42,809 bases of DNA from Clostridia bacterium. GTDB taxonomy: Bacteria > Bacillota > Clostridia > Christensenellales > UBA1242. Positions 19,462-27,591 of this stretch are shown here, in pieces (within the stretch, counting starts at the first letter, position 1; every line of letters starts with the position of its first letter). The position numbers and the translations under genes are program-made. The stretch lies in contig JAFQUU010000009.1 in NCBI GenBank assembly GCA_017408305.1, positions 1-42,809 on the forward strand. Direction: 5' to 3'. The notes below the pieces were generated by a model, which was not told the origin of the DNA, did not search any database, and saw nothing but the letters and a program-made list of their open reading frames with translations.

Positions 19462-19490
19462 TTGACAAAAAAGTAAAAACACCTTAAAAT
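19462..19490 (+). promoter_or_regulatory. SigA-type promoter for rny (TTGACA-17-TAAAAT)
   Basis: TTGACA 19462-19467, 17-nt spacer, TAAAAT 19485-19490. Confidence 0.6.
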
Positions 19491-19617
19491 ATGAAAGTAA
19501 TTATTGATTAAGAGTGGGTAACCACATTTTATATAACAAATGAATAAGTAACAAAATCTGTAAAGATTGTTTTTTTGTGCCCACATATGAGTGAGTAATT
19601 ACTAAAAGTAGGTAAAT

Positions 19618-21210
19618 ATGATAAATATAGGCACTTTAATGTTTTTTAGTGCTGCACCCTTGGCCATCGGCGTTGGCATTGGTGCCCTTGCTTTAGGGGC
19701 AGTGCTTGGCATTGTGGTGAAGAAGGCCTTAGAAAAAAGGCAAATTGAAAACAGCAAACTTCAAGCCGCAAAAATCATTGAACAAGCCGAAACCGAGGCA
19801 AAAACACTAAAAAAAGAAGCGATTTTAGAAGCAAAAGAAGAAATACAAACATTAAAAGAAACTGCAGATAAGGAAATCTTTACAAGAAGAACAGAACTTC
19901 AAAAAACAGAGGATAGACTTCTGCAAAGAGAACAACATTTGGACAATAAAGAGCAAAATCTTGATAAAAAGTCTGAACAACTTGAACAGCAAAAACAAAG
20001 CGTGCAAGACATAAAACAAAATCTTCAAAAAGAGATTGAACTTCAAAAAGAAGAGCGTGCAAAAATTGTTTTAGAACTTGAACGCGTTGCAAAAATCACA
20101 AGTGAAGAAGCCAAACAAATTTTGATGACTTCTTTAACTGATGAAGCACGAAAAAGTGCTTTTAAAGAAATAAAAAGAATAGAAGAAGAAACCAAAGAAA
20201 AAGCCGACCAAATTGCACAAAATCTTGTTTCAATGGCAATTCAAAAATGTGCAACTGATGTAACAAGCGAAGCAACGGTTTCTGTTGTTGCTATTCCAAA
20301 TGATGAAATGAAAGGCAGAATCATCGGTAGGGAAGGGCGTAACATTCGTTCTATCGAAAATGCAATGGGGGTTGACCTTATTGTTGATGATACACCAGAA
20401 GCAATAACCATTTCTTGTTTTGACCCGGTAAGGCGTGAAATTGCAAGACTTTCACTTGAAAAACTTATTATGGATGGGCGTATTCACCCAACAAGAATTG
20501 AAGAAATTGTAAACAAGGTAACCAAAGATGTTGAACACACAATCAAACAAGCAGGCGAAAATGCAAGTGAAGAAGCAGGTGTCTTTGGCCTTCATCCAGA
20601 ACTTGTTAAAACTCTTGGGAAACTTAAATATCGTACAAGTTACGGCCAAAACTGCCTAAAGCATTCTCTAGAGACTGCGTATATTGCAGGTATGCTTGCA
20701 AGTGAACTTGGGGCTGATGTCAAAGTTGCAAAAAGGGGTGGCCTTCTTCATGACATTGACAAAGCACTTGATCATGAGGTTGAAGGCACACATGTTTCAA
20801 TTGGTGTCGAACTTGCAAAAAAATATAAGGAAAATCAGGCTGTGGTCCACTGTATTGAAGCACACCATTTTGGCGTAGAGTTTGCTTCTGTTGAAGCAGT
20901 TTTGGTTCAAGTGGCAGACAGTATTTCATCTTCACGCCCAGGTGCAAGAAGGGAAACTCTTGAAAACTATGTAAAACGCCTTCAAAAACTTGAGGAGATT
21001 TCAAACTCATACACAGGTGTTGAAAAATCTTTTGCCATTCAAGCCGGTAGGGAAATTAGGATTTTGGTTAAGCCAACAGAAATAACTGATGAAGAGGCAC
21101 ACTTTTTGGCAGAAGATATTGCAAAACGCATTGAAAATGAAATGGAATATCCGGGACAAATTAAAGTAAATGTGATTAGAGAAACTCGTTTTTCTGCAAC
21201 AGCAAAATAA
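19618..21210 (+). CDS. rny: Ribonuclease Y
   Basis: 530 aa. N-terminal TM, coiled coil, KH ([11 protein letters not shown]), HD (GGLLHDIDK). Confidence 0.95.
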   Translation: MINIGTLMFFSAAPLAIGVGIGALALGAVLGIVVKKALEKRQIENSKLQAAKIIEQAETEAKTLKKEAILEAKEEIQTLKETADKEIFTRRTELQKTEDRLLQREQHLDNKEQNLDKKSEQLEQQKQSVQDIKQNLQKEIELQKEERAKIVLELERVAKITSEEAKQILMTSLTDEARKSAFKEIKRIEEETKEKADQIAQNLVSMAIQKCATDVTSEATVSVVAIPNDEMKGRIIGREGRNIRSIENAMGVDLIVDDTPEAITISCFDPVRREIARLSLEKLIMDGRIHPTRIEEIVNKVTKDVEHTIKQAGENASEEAGVFGLHPELVKTLGKLKYRTSYGQNCLKHSLETAYIAGMLASELGADVKVAKRGGLLHDIDKALDHEVEGTHVSIGVELAKKYKENQAVVHCIEAHHFGVEFASVEAVLVQVADSISSSRPGARRETLENYVKRLQKLEEISNSYTGVEKSFAIQAGREIRILVKPTEITDEEAHFLAEDIAKRIENEMEYPGQIKVNVIRETRFSATAK

Positions 21211-21232
21211 AAAAAATAATATTAAAAATAAA

Positions 21233-21259
21233 AAAAGACCTATTTTTTAGGTCTTTTTT
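21233..21259 (+). terminator. rny terminator
   Basis: AAAAGACCTA-TTTTT-TAGGTCTTTT, a 10-bp stem plus T run. Confidence 0.85.
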
Positions 21260-21440
21260 ATTAAAAATAATTTAAATAAATTTAATTTTATTTTTTTAAT
21301 TTATTTTTATTTAATATATAAATATTTAAAGGGTAGGGTAGTGAAGAAGCAAAAAAAAACAAAGAAAATGACCTTTGTTTTTATATTAAAATGTTCTTTA
21401 AAACACCGACATCTTTTTTGAGTAGGGGAGTGAAGATGTG

Positions 21441-22748
21441 TTAATCGCAAAATTTCTTTGCAAAAATATAGTCAAAAATGCCACCTACAACAAAATTAAA
21501 TAAAAGAACGCAAGGATATAAAAATGTTGTTGCGAAGCCTAGGCAAGTTGCAAAAGAAAAACCATTATTAAACAAAAGATTTAAAGAAAATACGGCAGCA
21601 ACGCCCACAAAGAAGATTGCAATTGACACAAATAAATTACTATTTGAACTGTGAATTTTCCTAAATTTGTTTTTGGTAATTAGGTAATAAAGTGCAGGAA
21701 TAGCAAATATTATTGGCATTATTAAATACGCAATTGGATACTCAACTGAGCCATATATATTTGAAAAAATTAAGTAAATTGCAAGAGAACTGACAAAAAT
21801 TAGAGAAAATATTGTTAAGTATTTAGCGAAAAGATGTTTTGTCGATATTTTACCAAAACTTTCAGCAATTTCTTCGTTATCTTCCATATTTGCAGAAAAC
21901 TTTATTTGCATATCATCATATCTTGCTTGCAACTGATTTACAGACACAAACTCATCATCATCTGCATCGCCAAGTTTTATAAAGTTTGCTGATTTGCTCA
22001 TCTCATTATATAGGGCTTCAATTTTGTCAGCATCTGTTTCTTTTTTTCTGGATGAACGAATTTTTTGAACGACTTCACCAGTAGGCTCAATTTCCAAATT
22101 AAGACCACTAAGTTTTTTTACTTTAGGTATTTTTTCTTTTGGCATGGTTTCGGTAATAAATACGCCACCATCGGTGTGGGTTTCTTCTTGAAAACCTTCA
22201 TTTTCGTAATATTTTTCTTGGCTATTTTTTTCATTTTTAGAGTCTGGAATTATGTATACATCATGGGCATCCAAAAACACTCCGTCATCTTTTGTCGTTG
22301 TTTTTTCTTCCTTTTTAAGCGTATCTAAAAAAGTTTTACTGTCAAAGTTTTGCTGTTTTTTTTGTTCCTGATTTTTTTCAGTGAACAACTTGTCATTATT
22401 TTTTTGAAAATCGCCAAATTCGTAATATTTTTTTGGGGTATTTTGACTGTCAACAGAAAAGTTTGGAAGAACAGCATTTTCTTGTTCCTCTAGATATTTT
22501 TTGCCAGAATCAGTCAATTTATAATAATGACGCTTTCCACCATTTTTGCTGTCTTTCCAATATGACGAAATAAAACCTTGTTTTTCCATTCGTGAAAGCG
22601 TGCCATATAAAGTTGGTTGTTTTACAGAGACTTGGTTATCAGATTTTTTATGTAAATCATTTAAAAGTTCGGCACCATATTTGTCGCCGTCTAATAAACA
22701 AGATAATAATATTGTGGAGATTTGTCCACGAGGAATTAAATTATTCAT
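21441..22748 (-). CDS. PadR-family transcriptional regulator fused to a C-terminal multi-TM membrane domain
   Basis: 435 aa. N-terminal winged helix (KYGAELLNDL...QPTLYGTLSRMEKQGFISSYW...RHYYKLTDSGKKYL), a low-complexity linker, then about 4 TM helices. Confidence 0.75.
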   Translation of the reverse strand: MNNLIPRGQISTILLSCLLDGDKYGAELLNDLHKKSDNQVSVKQPTLYGTLSRMEKQGFISSYWKDSKNGGKRHYYKLTDSGKKYLEEQENAVLPNFSVDSQNTPKKYYEFGDFQKNNDKLFTEKNQEQKKQQNFDSKTFLDTLKKEEKTTTKDDGVFLDAHDVYIIPDSKNEKNSQEKYYENEGFQEETHTDGGVFITETMPKEKIPKVKKLSGLNLEIEPTGEVVQKIRSSRKKETDADKIEALYNEMSKSANFIKLGDADDDEFVSVNQLQARYDDMQIKFSANMEDNEEIAESFGKISTKHLFAKYLTIFSLIFVSSLAIYLIFSNIYGSVEYPIAYLIMPIIFAIPALYYLITKNKFRKIHSSNSNLFVSIAIFFVGVAAVFSLNLLFNNGFSFATCLGFATTFLYPCVLLFNFVVGGIFDYIFAKKFCD

Positions 22749-22954
22749 AAATGCCTCTCTGATAATAATTTTATCAAAACCAAATACTAAAAGTCAAACA
22801 ATGTAATTTAAGTAAACTGACAATTTTAAAAAAATTATGCCGAAATAGTAAGATATAAAGTTTGGATATCCACAAAATTTTATATAATGAAAAGGTTGAT
22901 TAATTTTTATGCAATTTGAAGAAGACCACTTCAATAATTTATAAAAAAACCTTT

Positions 22955-22982
22955 CTTTTCGCTAAAGTTGTCTTTAGCGAAA
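22955..22982. repeat. attL (dif-like core): CTTTTCGCTAAAGTTGTCTTTAGCGAAA
   Basis: Direct repeat of 28074-28101. Internally an 11-bp inverted repeat around TTGT. Confidence 0.85.
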
Positions 22983-22984
22983 TC

Positions 22985-23131
22985 TTATAGATGACACTGT
23001 TGTTCAACAAAATCTTCTAAAATGATTCTCACTAAATCACTAGTCTTTCTACGCTTTTCCAATGCAATCTTATCTAATTGCATTTTTAATTCTTCTGGTA
23101 GGCGTACAGCAAAAAGTATTTTTTTCTGCAA
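22985..23131 (-). CDS. Ribbon-helix-helix (Arc/CopG-like) DNA-binding protein, prophage-encoded
   Basis: TTG start at 23131, downstream of AAAGGAGGTGA. 48 aa: MQKKILFAVRLPEELKMQLDKIALEKRRKTSDLVRIILEDFVEQQCHL, a beta-strand/helix/helix RHH pattern. The track ATG at 23197 would read through the SD and promoter. Confidence 0.65.
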   Translation of the reverse strand: MQKKILFAVRLPEELKMQLDKIALEKRRKTSDLVRIILEDFVEQQCHL

Positions 23132-23175
23132 GGGGAACTCACCTCCTTTTAAGTTAAATATTGTATAACAATTTA

Positions 23176-23204
23176 ATAATACAAAAAATGTTAACAAATG
23201 TCAA
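23176..23204 (-). promoter_or_regulatory. Promoter of the RHH gene (TTGACA-17-TATTAT on the - strand)
   Basis: - strand TTGACA (23204-23199), 17-nt spacer, TATTAT (23181-23176). Palindrome ATTGTATAACAAT (23160-23172) sits at about +1 as a candidate operator. Confidence 0.55.
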
Positions 23205-23249
23205 ACAAAAAACAACAAGTTTTTAAACTTATTGTTTTATATTGAATAT

Positions 23250-24257
23250 TTAATCAATAGACCGAAGTAATCGACAAATTTGACTTTCCTTTGCTCTTCT
23301 TTTTAAAGCCAAATACTCTTCTTTCGACAAATCAGTCCTTTCTAATTGTAAAGCAAGGTTATACTCTGCTAACTCTTTTCTTGATTTTTTTATACTTTCA
23401 ATTACTGCATGATTTTCTAAGTCATATAAGTCATCATAATATTTAGGTGGTTTTATTTTTAGAACCTTTCTTTTACCATCACTTAAAATTATTTCATCGG
23501 TTTGGTATATTTCATGCTTATTCTCTTCAAAAAATTTTCTAGCAATACCAGGGGAACGAGAGCAATTCATGAACTCTGGAACTAAGCCATAAGTCAAATC
23601 AGATTCTTCATTTAACACGAAACCACTTGTTTTGCCTTTTTGTTTTTTCATAACATACCGAGCAGTGTAAGCAATAGAATTCCAAGTTACCTCACCAACT
23701 GAACAAAGACCTTTATTCCATACTTTCTCTATTATTTCAGAGCGATATATTTTATCGCCTGCCTTGTTTGTGAAAAAATATTTAAGGTCATTAAGTGGGC
23801 AATTAAATAATATCATATGAAAATGTGGTCTTGACTTTTTTGTGCCATATTCACCACAACCAAAAAATCTTATATTATCTATACCAAAATGATAACTCAT
23901 GTATCTTCTTAAATCTTTCATAAATTTTTGCATATCTTTTTTAACCAAAGTTGGTTTCTTCTGCACTTCACCAGTTTGAGCATTTAAAGATTTTACAAAA
24001 GTTAAATTATCATCAGAGTAAGTCAATGTAACAAAATAATTATTAGAATGTTCTTTACTTTCAATTAAACAGCGATTGGCCCACATTCTTGAATTTGCAA
24101 GTCGGCAACCAACGCATTTTCCACAAGGAATCTCAATAGGTTCAAATATTTTTGATAAATTATCATACTCAAATTGAGTTTTAGGAAAATAAATATTTTT
24201 CTTGCCATTGGAATTTAAACCTTTTGAAATTGCATGCAAGGGACTAAAACAACTCAT
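23250..24257 (-). CDS. Microviridae replication initiation protein VP4 (rolling-circle HUH endonuclease)
   Basis: 335 aa. CGKCVGCR Zn-like N-terminus, YFVTLTY (motif 1), HFHMILFN (HUH), YTARYVMKK (catalytic Tyr motif). GAGGT RBS. Confidence 0.9.
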   Translation of the reverse strand: MSCFSPLHAISKGLNSNGKKNIYFPKTQFEYDNLSKIFEPIEIPCGKCVGCRLANSRMWANRCLIESKEHSNNYFVTLTYSDDNLTFVKSLNAQTGEVQKKPTLVKKDMQKFMKDLRRYMSYHFGIDNIRFFGCGEYGTKKSRPHFHMILFNCPLNDLKYFFTNKAGDKIYRSEIIEKVWNKGLCSVGEVTWNSIAYTARYVMKKQKGKTSGFVLNEESDLTYGLVPEFMNCSRSPGIARKFFEENKHEIYQTDEIILSDGKRKVLKIKPPKYYDDLYDLENHAVIESIKKSRKELAEYNLALQLERTDLSKEEYLALKRRAKESQICRLLRSID

Positions 24258-24576
24258 CGTTGTACCTCAACTTTCAAAATGTTTTATTTAATACTGACAA
24301 CTAAAATTGTGTCAGTCAGCACCATTACATCAAGTAACTAATTGGTGCTGACTTTGGCACAACCAAAGTATTGTATTTTTTTAAAGTAAATTTAAAGCTA
24401 TTACTTTCGGCATCCGTTCTTTAATGCGTTACTCCAAGCGATAAAGTACTTACAAAAGGGATATCCCTCTTTGCCCTTCGGCAAATTCACCCTTAGCAAT
24501 TATGCCGAATTGTAACGCCACGTTATAGAATAAATGGGAATTTTGCTAATAAAAAAAGTAATAAATATTATTACTT
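24258..24576 (-). other. Structured non-coding region of the prophage (candidate origin/regulatory region)
   Basis: No ORF longer than about 10 codons. At least five perfect stem-loops: 24294-24315, 24315-24352 (10-bp stem), 24351-24369, 24457-24468, 24470-24485. An AT hairpin at 24554-24578 follows VP2. Confidence 0.6.
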
Positions 24577-24921
24577 TTAATATAATCTTCGCATAGTCCT
24601 AGATAAATGCCTTGTAGCAAGGGCTAGTGCAGTATTAACCAACATACTAAGACCATTAGAGCTCTTCCCTACACCACTTGCAGAAGAACCGGACGGCGTT
24701 GAAGCGGCGGCACCATTGCCACCACCAAACATATTAACAGGATTTAAACCTGCTTTTTTCATGTCTTCAACTGCTCTTTGATAAGCGCTATTAGACAATT
24801 CAGTTTGCCAATCCCTTTGTTTTTGAGCTTCTTCGGCATTAAAGGCAAACTCTGCTTTTTGAGCAGAAGTTGCACCAGACAAATCATTGAATATACTCCC
24901 AATATTATCTAAAAAACTCAT
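24577..24921 (-). CDS. Microviridae minor capsid / DNA pilot protein VP2-like (short form)
   Basis: ATG 24921 follows GGGAGG, 8 nt after the VP1 stop. 114 aa. AYQRAVEDMKKAGLNPV motif and a Gly/Ser-rich C-terminal half. The track start at 25053 overlaps VP1 and is rejected. Confidence 0.7.
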   Translation of the reverse strand: MSFLDNIGSIFNDLSGATSAQKAEFAFNAEEAQKQRDWQTELSNSAYQRAVEDMKKAGLNPVNMFGGGNGAAASTPSGSSASGVGKSSNGLSMLVNTALALATRHLSRTMRRLY

Positions 24922-24931
24922 AAAGGCCTCC

Positions 24932-26611
24932 CTATAATGATTTAAGACCAGGAACTGAATAAATAGGCATAACCCTAGTACAAATATTCTTAAAGTAGAA
25001 ATCAGCAATGAATTGGTCTTCCGTAGATGAAGATACTGATAAGGTCCTATCAAGATTGGCAGTTGTTTCCTCTAACCAAGTAGAGCCAAGAACTGGTTTA
25101 GAGGTATATTTGTCTGCATAATGCCAATTATCTAATGGCTGAGTATGAGTAGAACGAAATGCACCACTAACACGAGATGGTTTATACCTATACTCTGCCC
25201 ATGCTTCCTGATAGCCGAAAACTTCATCATCAACAGTTGTGCCTTGTGCATAGATTTCCTTATTAAATACAGGCTGTTCACCAATGTTAGCAAGAGCAGG
25301 CCAATAATAGTCAAACCTCTTTTTCCTTGACCAAAAACGCTCTATTCCTTGTTGATATGTGTGTTCGGTTCTAACACAAACAAGACCAAGTAATATGCCA
25401 TGCTCAGTAAACGACTTGGTAAAGCTAGAAGATTTATCGCCTGTCAAAGAATAAGCGGCAGTATTACCTTGAGGAGATACATCATCAGTTGAGGATGTTT
25501 GTAAAACTTGAGAAATATTAATAGGAATCCTCTTACCACCAAGATACTCTGGTCTTTGCTGGCGAGCATCTGGAGAAACAACGCCAAAATGAGATTTAAT
25601 AATTTCTGCATAACGAGTACCACCACGAGCATCTCGTTCATACAACTTCTGCACTGCAAAGGCTTGTCTTAATTGGTTTATTGTTGATGCAGTTGCAGTT
25701 GATAAGTCAGCAATACCAGTTGCTTTTAGACCAGTATTTGTACCATCAAATCCAATAGTTTTGCCAGCAGTCCAAGCTGTATTGCTACCAGCTGTACTGC
25801 CAATACCAGTATAATTTGAAGTTGAAAGCAAATAAGGATTATTAGAATCAGAACTTGCAGAAACAAAAACACCTTTATCTGTACCATTAGTCCATATAGG
25901 ATTCTTGCCATCAGAAGAAAGAGAAATAGACAAAGGCGCACTAGAACCAAGTGGAATATTTACATCTGGACCTTTTTGTGGGGCTGGAAGACAACTTGTA
26001 AAATAATCATGATATTTGTTAACAGGGGCAATCCCACCTCCAGTACAGCCAGACATCAAAAAGTTGGCATAATTAAAATTGCTTAAAGTACTATTGCTAT
26101 CTGAAAGACTAAAAGATGCAGAAGATTGCAAATTTTGGTCTCTAAACCACTCATTCCATGTCAAAACGTAAGCTCTAAAAGGTAATGCCGAAACAGAAAG
26201 ATTTTTAACCCCAGTAGGAATACCCATATAATCAGCAATAGAACCTTTAAACCAACCAGTAGGTGCAATTGCTTGAGGAACCTCATACTCTGTTGGACTT
26301 TCCCAATCTGGATTACTGGATTCACCATTAAAATACTTCCAACTACTCCAAACCAACCTGTTCGGTATAAAGAAATAATAGAGGTCAAGATAACAGTTAT
26401 CCATAACAGGGTGAACAGGCGTGGTCATTCTAACCACACAAGAAGTTTCCATTTTAAAAGTATCACCAGGTAAAACTTCATCAACAAAAATTGGAATAAG
26501 TTTGCCAGCGTTAAAAGTTGTCTTATGTTGACTACTTCTATCAAAGGTTGAACGAGGCATTGACAAAAAAGTTGGATTTACAGCAAAACGACTTTCTACA
26601 TTTCTATTCAT
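24932..26611 (-). CDS. Microviridae major capsid protein VP1 (F-protein family)
   Basis: 559 aa. The N-terminus PRSTFDRSSQHKTTFNAGKLIPIFVDEVLPGDTF...MDNCYLDLYYFFIPNRLVW closely resembles chlamydiaphage-type VP1. AGGAGG RBS. Confidence 0.95.
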   Translation of the reverse strand: MNRNVESRFAVNPTFLSMPRSTFDRSSQHKTTFNAGKLIPIFVDEVLPGDTFKMETSCVVRMTTPVHPVMDNCYLDLYYFFIPNRLVWSSWKYFNGESSNPDWESPTEYEVPQAIAPTGWFKGSIADYMGIPTGVKNLSVSALPFRAYVLTWNEWFRDQNLQSSASFSLSDSNSTLSNFNYANFLMSGCTGGGIAPVNKYHDYFTSCLPAPQKGPDVNIPLGSSAPLSISLSSDGKNPIWTNGTDKGVFVSASSDSNNPYLLSTSNYTGIGSTAGSNTAWTAGKTIGFDGTNTGLKATGIADLSTATASTINQLRQAFAVQKLYERDARGGTRYAEIIKSHFGVVSPDARQQRPEYLGGKRIPINISQVLQTSSTDDVSPQGNTAAYSLTGDKSSSFTKSFTEHGILLGLVCVRTEHTYQQGIERFWSRKKRFDYYWPALANIGEQPVFNKEIYAQGTTVDDEVFGYQEAWAEYRYKPSRVSGAFRSTHTQPLDNWHYADKYTSKPVLGSTWLEETTANLDRTLSVSSSTEDQFIADFYFKNICTRVMPIYSVPGLKSL

Positions 26612-27162
26612 TAAATATTACCTCCTAAATTAACACCTTGGCTTTGAACAGGCGTGCTTTGACTTTCCATAGATACATTAATAGGTTCAACATTTTGAAC
26701 TTGAGGTTGAACAATAGGCTCTACCTTATTAATTTGTGGTTGTAAATGCTTATTTATCTTTTCTTCAAAAGTACCATTTGAAATACTTGCAACAAACTCT
26801 GACATAGAGTGGTTAAACTCAGAACGGACTGCAACAGGCATTTCTTTAAATAAGGTTTCAGCATTTAATATGATTTCTTGAGCATCATTTAAAGACTTTG
26901 GCATATTAGAAATATCTGCAAAAAATCCTTGAGATTGATTTAATGCTAAAGTATCTCCATTAACATGTCGTTCTAAAATGTTATAAACCAAACATTCTTC
27001 CTTATGAGCTTGAATTTCTTTGTAAATATTTCTTTTACCAGTTTGTTTAACTTCTTTTTTCCCAGTTTCTTTATCTATAACAAGAGAGTAAACTGGCACT
27101 ATATCTTCACCAGAGGGACTAGCTTCTACTGGTGGTTTTTTTGACCTTGAATAAAAATCCAC
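26611..27162 (-). CDS. Microviridae internal scaffolding protein VP3-like
   Basis: 183 aa, GTG start overlapping the upstream stop. IYKEIQAHKEEC...GDTLAL...AQEIILNAETLFKEMPVAVRSEFNHSMSEFV matches the VP3 pattern. Its stop overlaps the VP1 ATG (TAATG). Confidence 0.75.
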   Translation of the reverse strand: MDFYSRSKKPPVEASPSGEDIVPVYSLVIDKETGKKEVKQTGKRNIYKEIQAHKEECLVYNILERHVNGDTLALNQSQGFFADISNMPKSLNDAQEIILNAETLFKEMPVAVRSEFNHSMSEFVASISNGTFEEKINKHLQPQINKVEPIVQPQVQNVEPINVSMESQSTPVQSQGVNLGGNI

Positions 27163-27416
27163 TACTCACCTGCCTTTGTAATAACATCATTTGCTTTAAT
27201 TAAAAACTTAACTTCACTTGTCAATATTCCAGTATCATCATCAAAAGTACCTAAGCACCAAAGTTCTTTATCCTCTGGGTTTGTATTTATTGCATTTTTT
27301 TGCACTTCATTAGCACCATTTGTAAATTCACGAATGGCAACACCTTCATTATGTGTAAAGAATGGATTCATAAATCCTATTTTAGTATCTTTTATTGCGA
27401 AAACTTTTAGCTGCAT
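27162..27416 (-). CDS. Microviridae small non-structural protein (VP5/ORF5-like)
   Basis: 84 aa. KVFAIKDTKIGFMNPFF...GVAIREF...NPEDKELWCLGTFDDDTG resembles, from memory, the conserved gokushovirus ORF5 family. Confidence 0.6.
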   Translation of the reverse strand: MQLKVFAIKDTKIGFMNPFFTHNEGVAIREFTNGANEVQKNAINTNPEDKELWCLGTFDDDTGILTSEVKFLIKANDVITKAGE

Positions 27417-27591
27417 ATTTTTTATTCTCCTTTATTAATTTTTTTTGTGATTTTAATTCATTTTTAAATTCTTTTATTAACAATTTGTATTCTTCAACTG
27501 TTAATAATACAAGAGGGTAAAAATAAATTAGAGGTTTATTGTTTTTATATGTATATCTAACAATAATTTCTTTATCAATTTTTGCTCTCAT
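27382..27591 (-). CDS. Hypothetical Lys-rich prophage protein
   Basis: 69 aa. Its ATG overlaps the stop of the upstream 31-aa ORF (ATGA) and its 3' end overlaps the VP5-like start by 35 nt. No motif recognised. Confidence 0.35.
   Translation of the reverse strand: MRAKIDKEIIVRYTYKNNKPLIYFYPLVLLTVEEYKLLIKEFKNELKSQKKLIKENKKYAAKSFRNKRY

Noticed and set aside
22941-22990. The att palindrome as a canonical XerCD dif site, or as nothing more than a transcription terminator.
   Set aside because: It has no resemblance to the Firmicute XerCD dif consensus (…ATATATATTATGTAAACT). The pure-terminator reading does not explain its exact duplication 5,119 bp apart around a complete phage genome. A dual role as hairpin or terminator cannot be excluded.
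24922-25053. Longer 158-aa version of the VP2-like ORF starting at 25053.
   Set aside because: It would overlap the VP1 3' end by 120 nt with a hydrophobic, non-conserved-looking extension. An ATG with GGGAGG lies just after the VP1 stop (24921).
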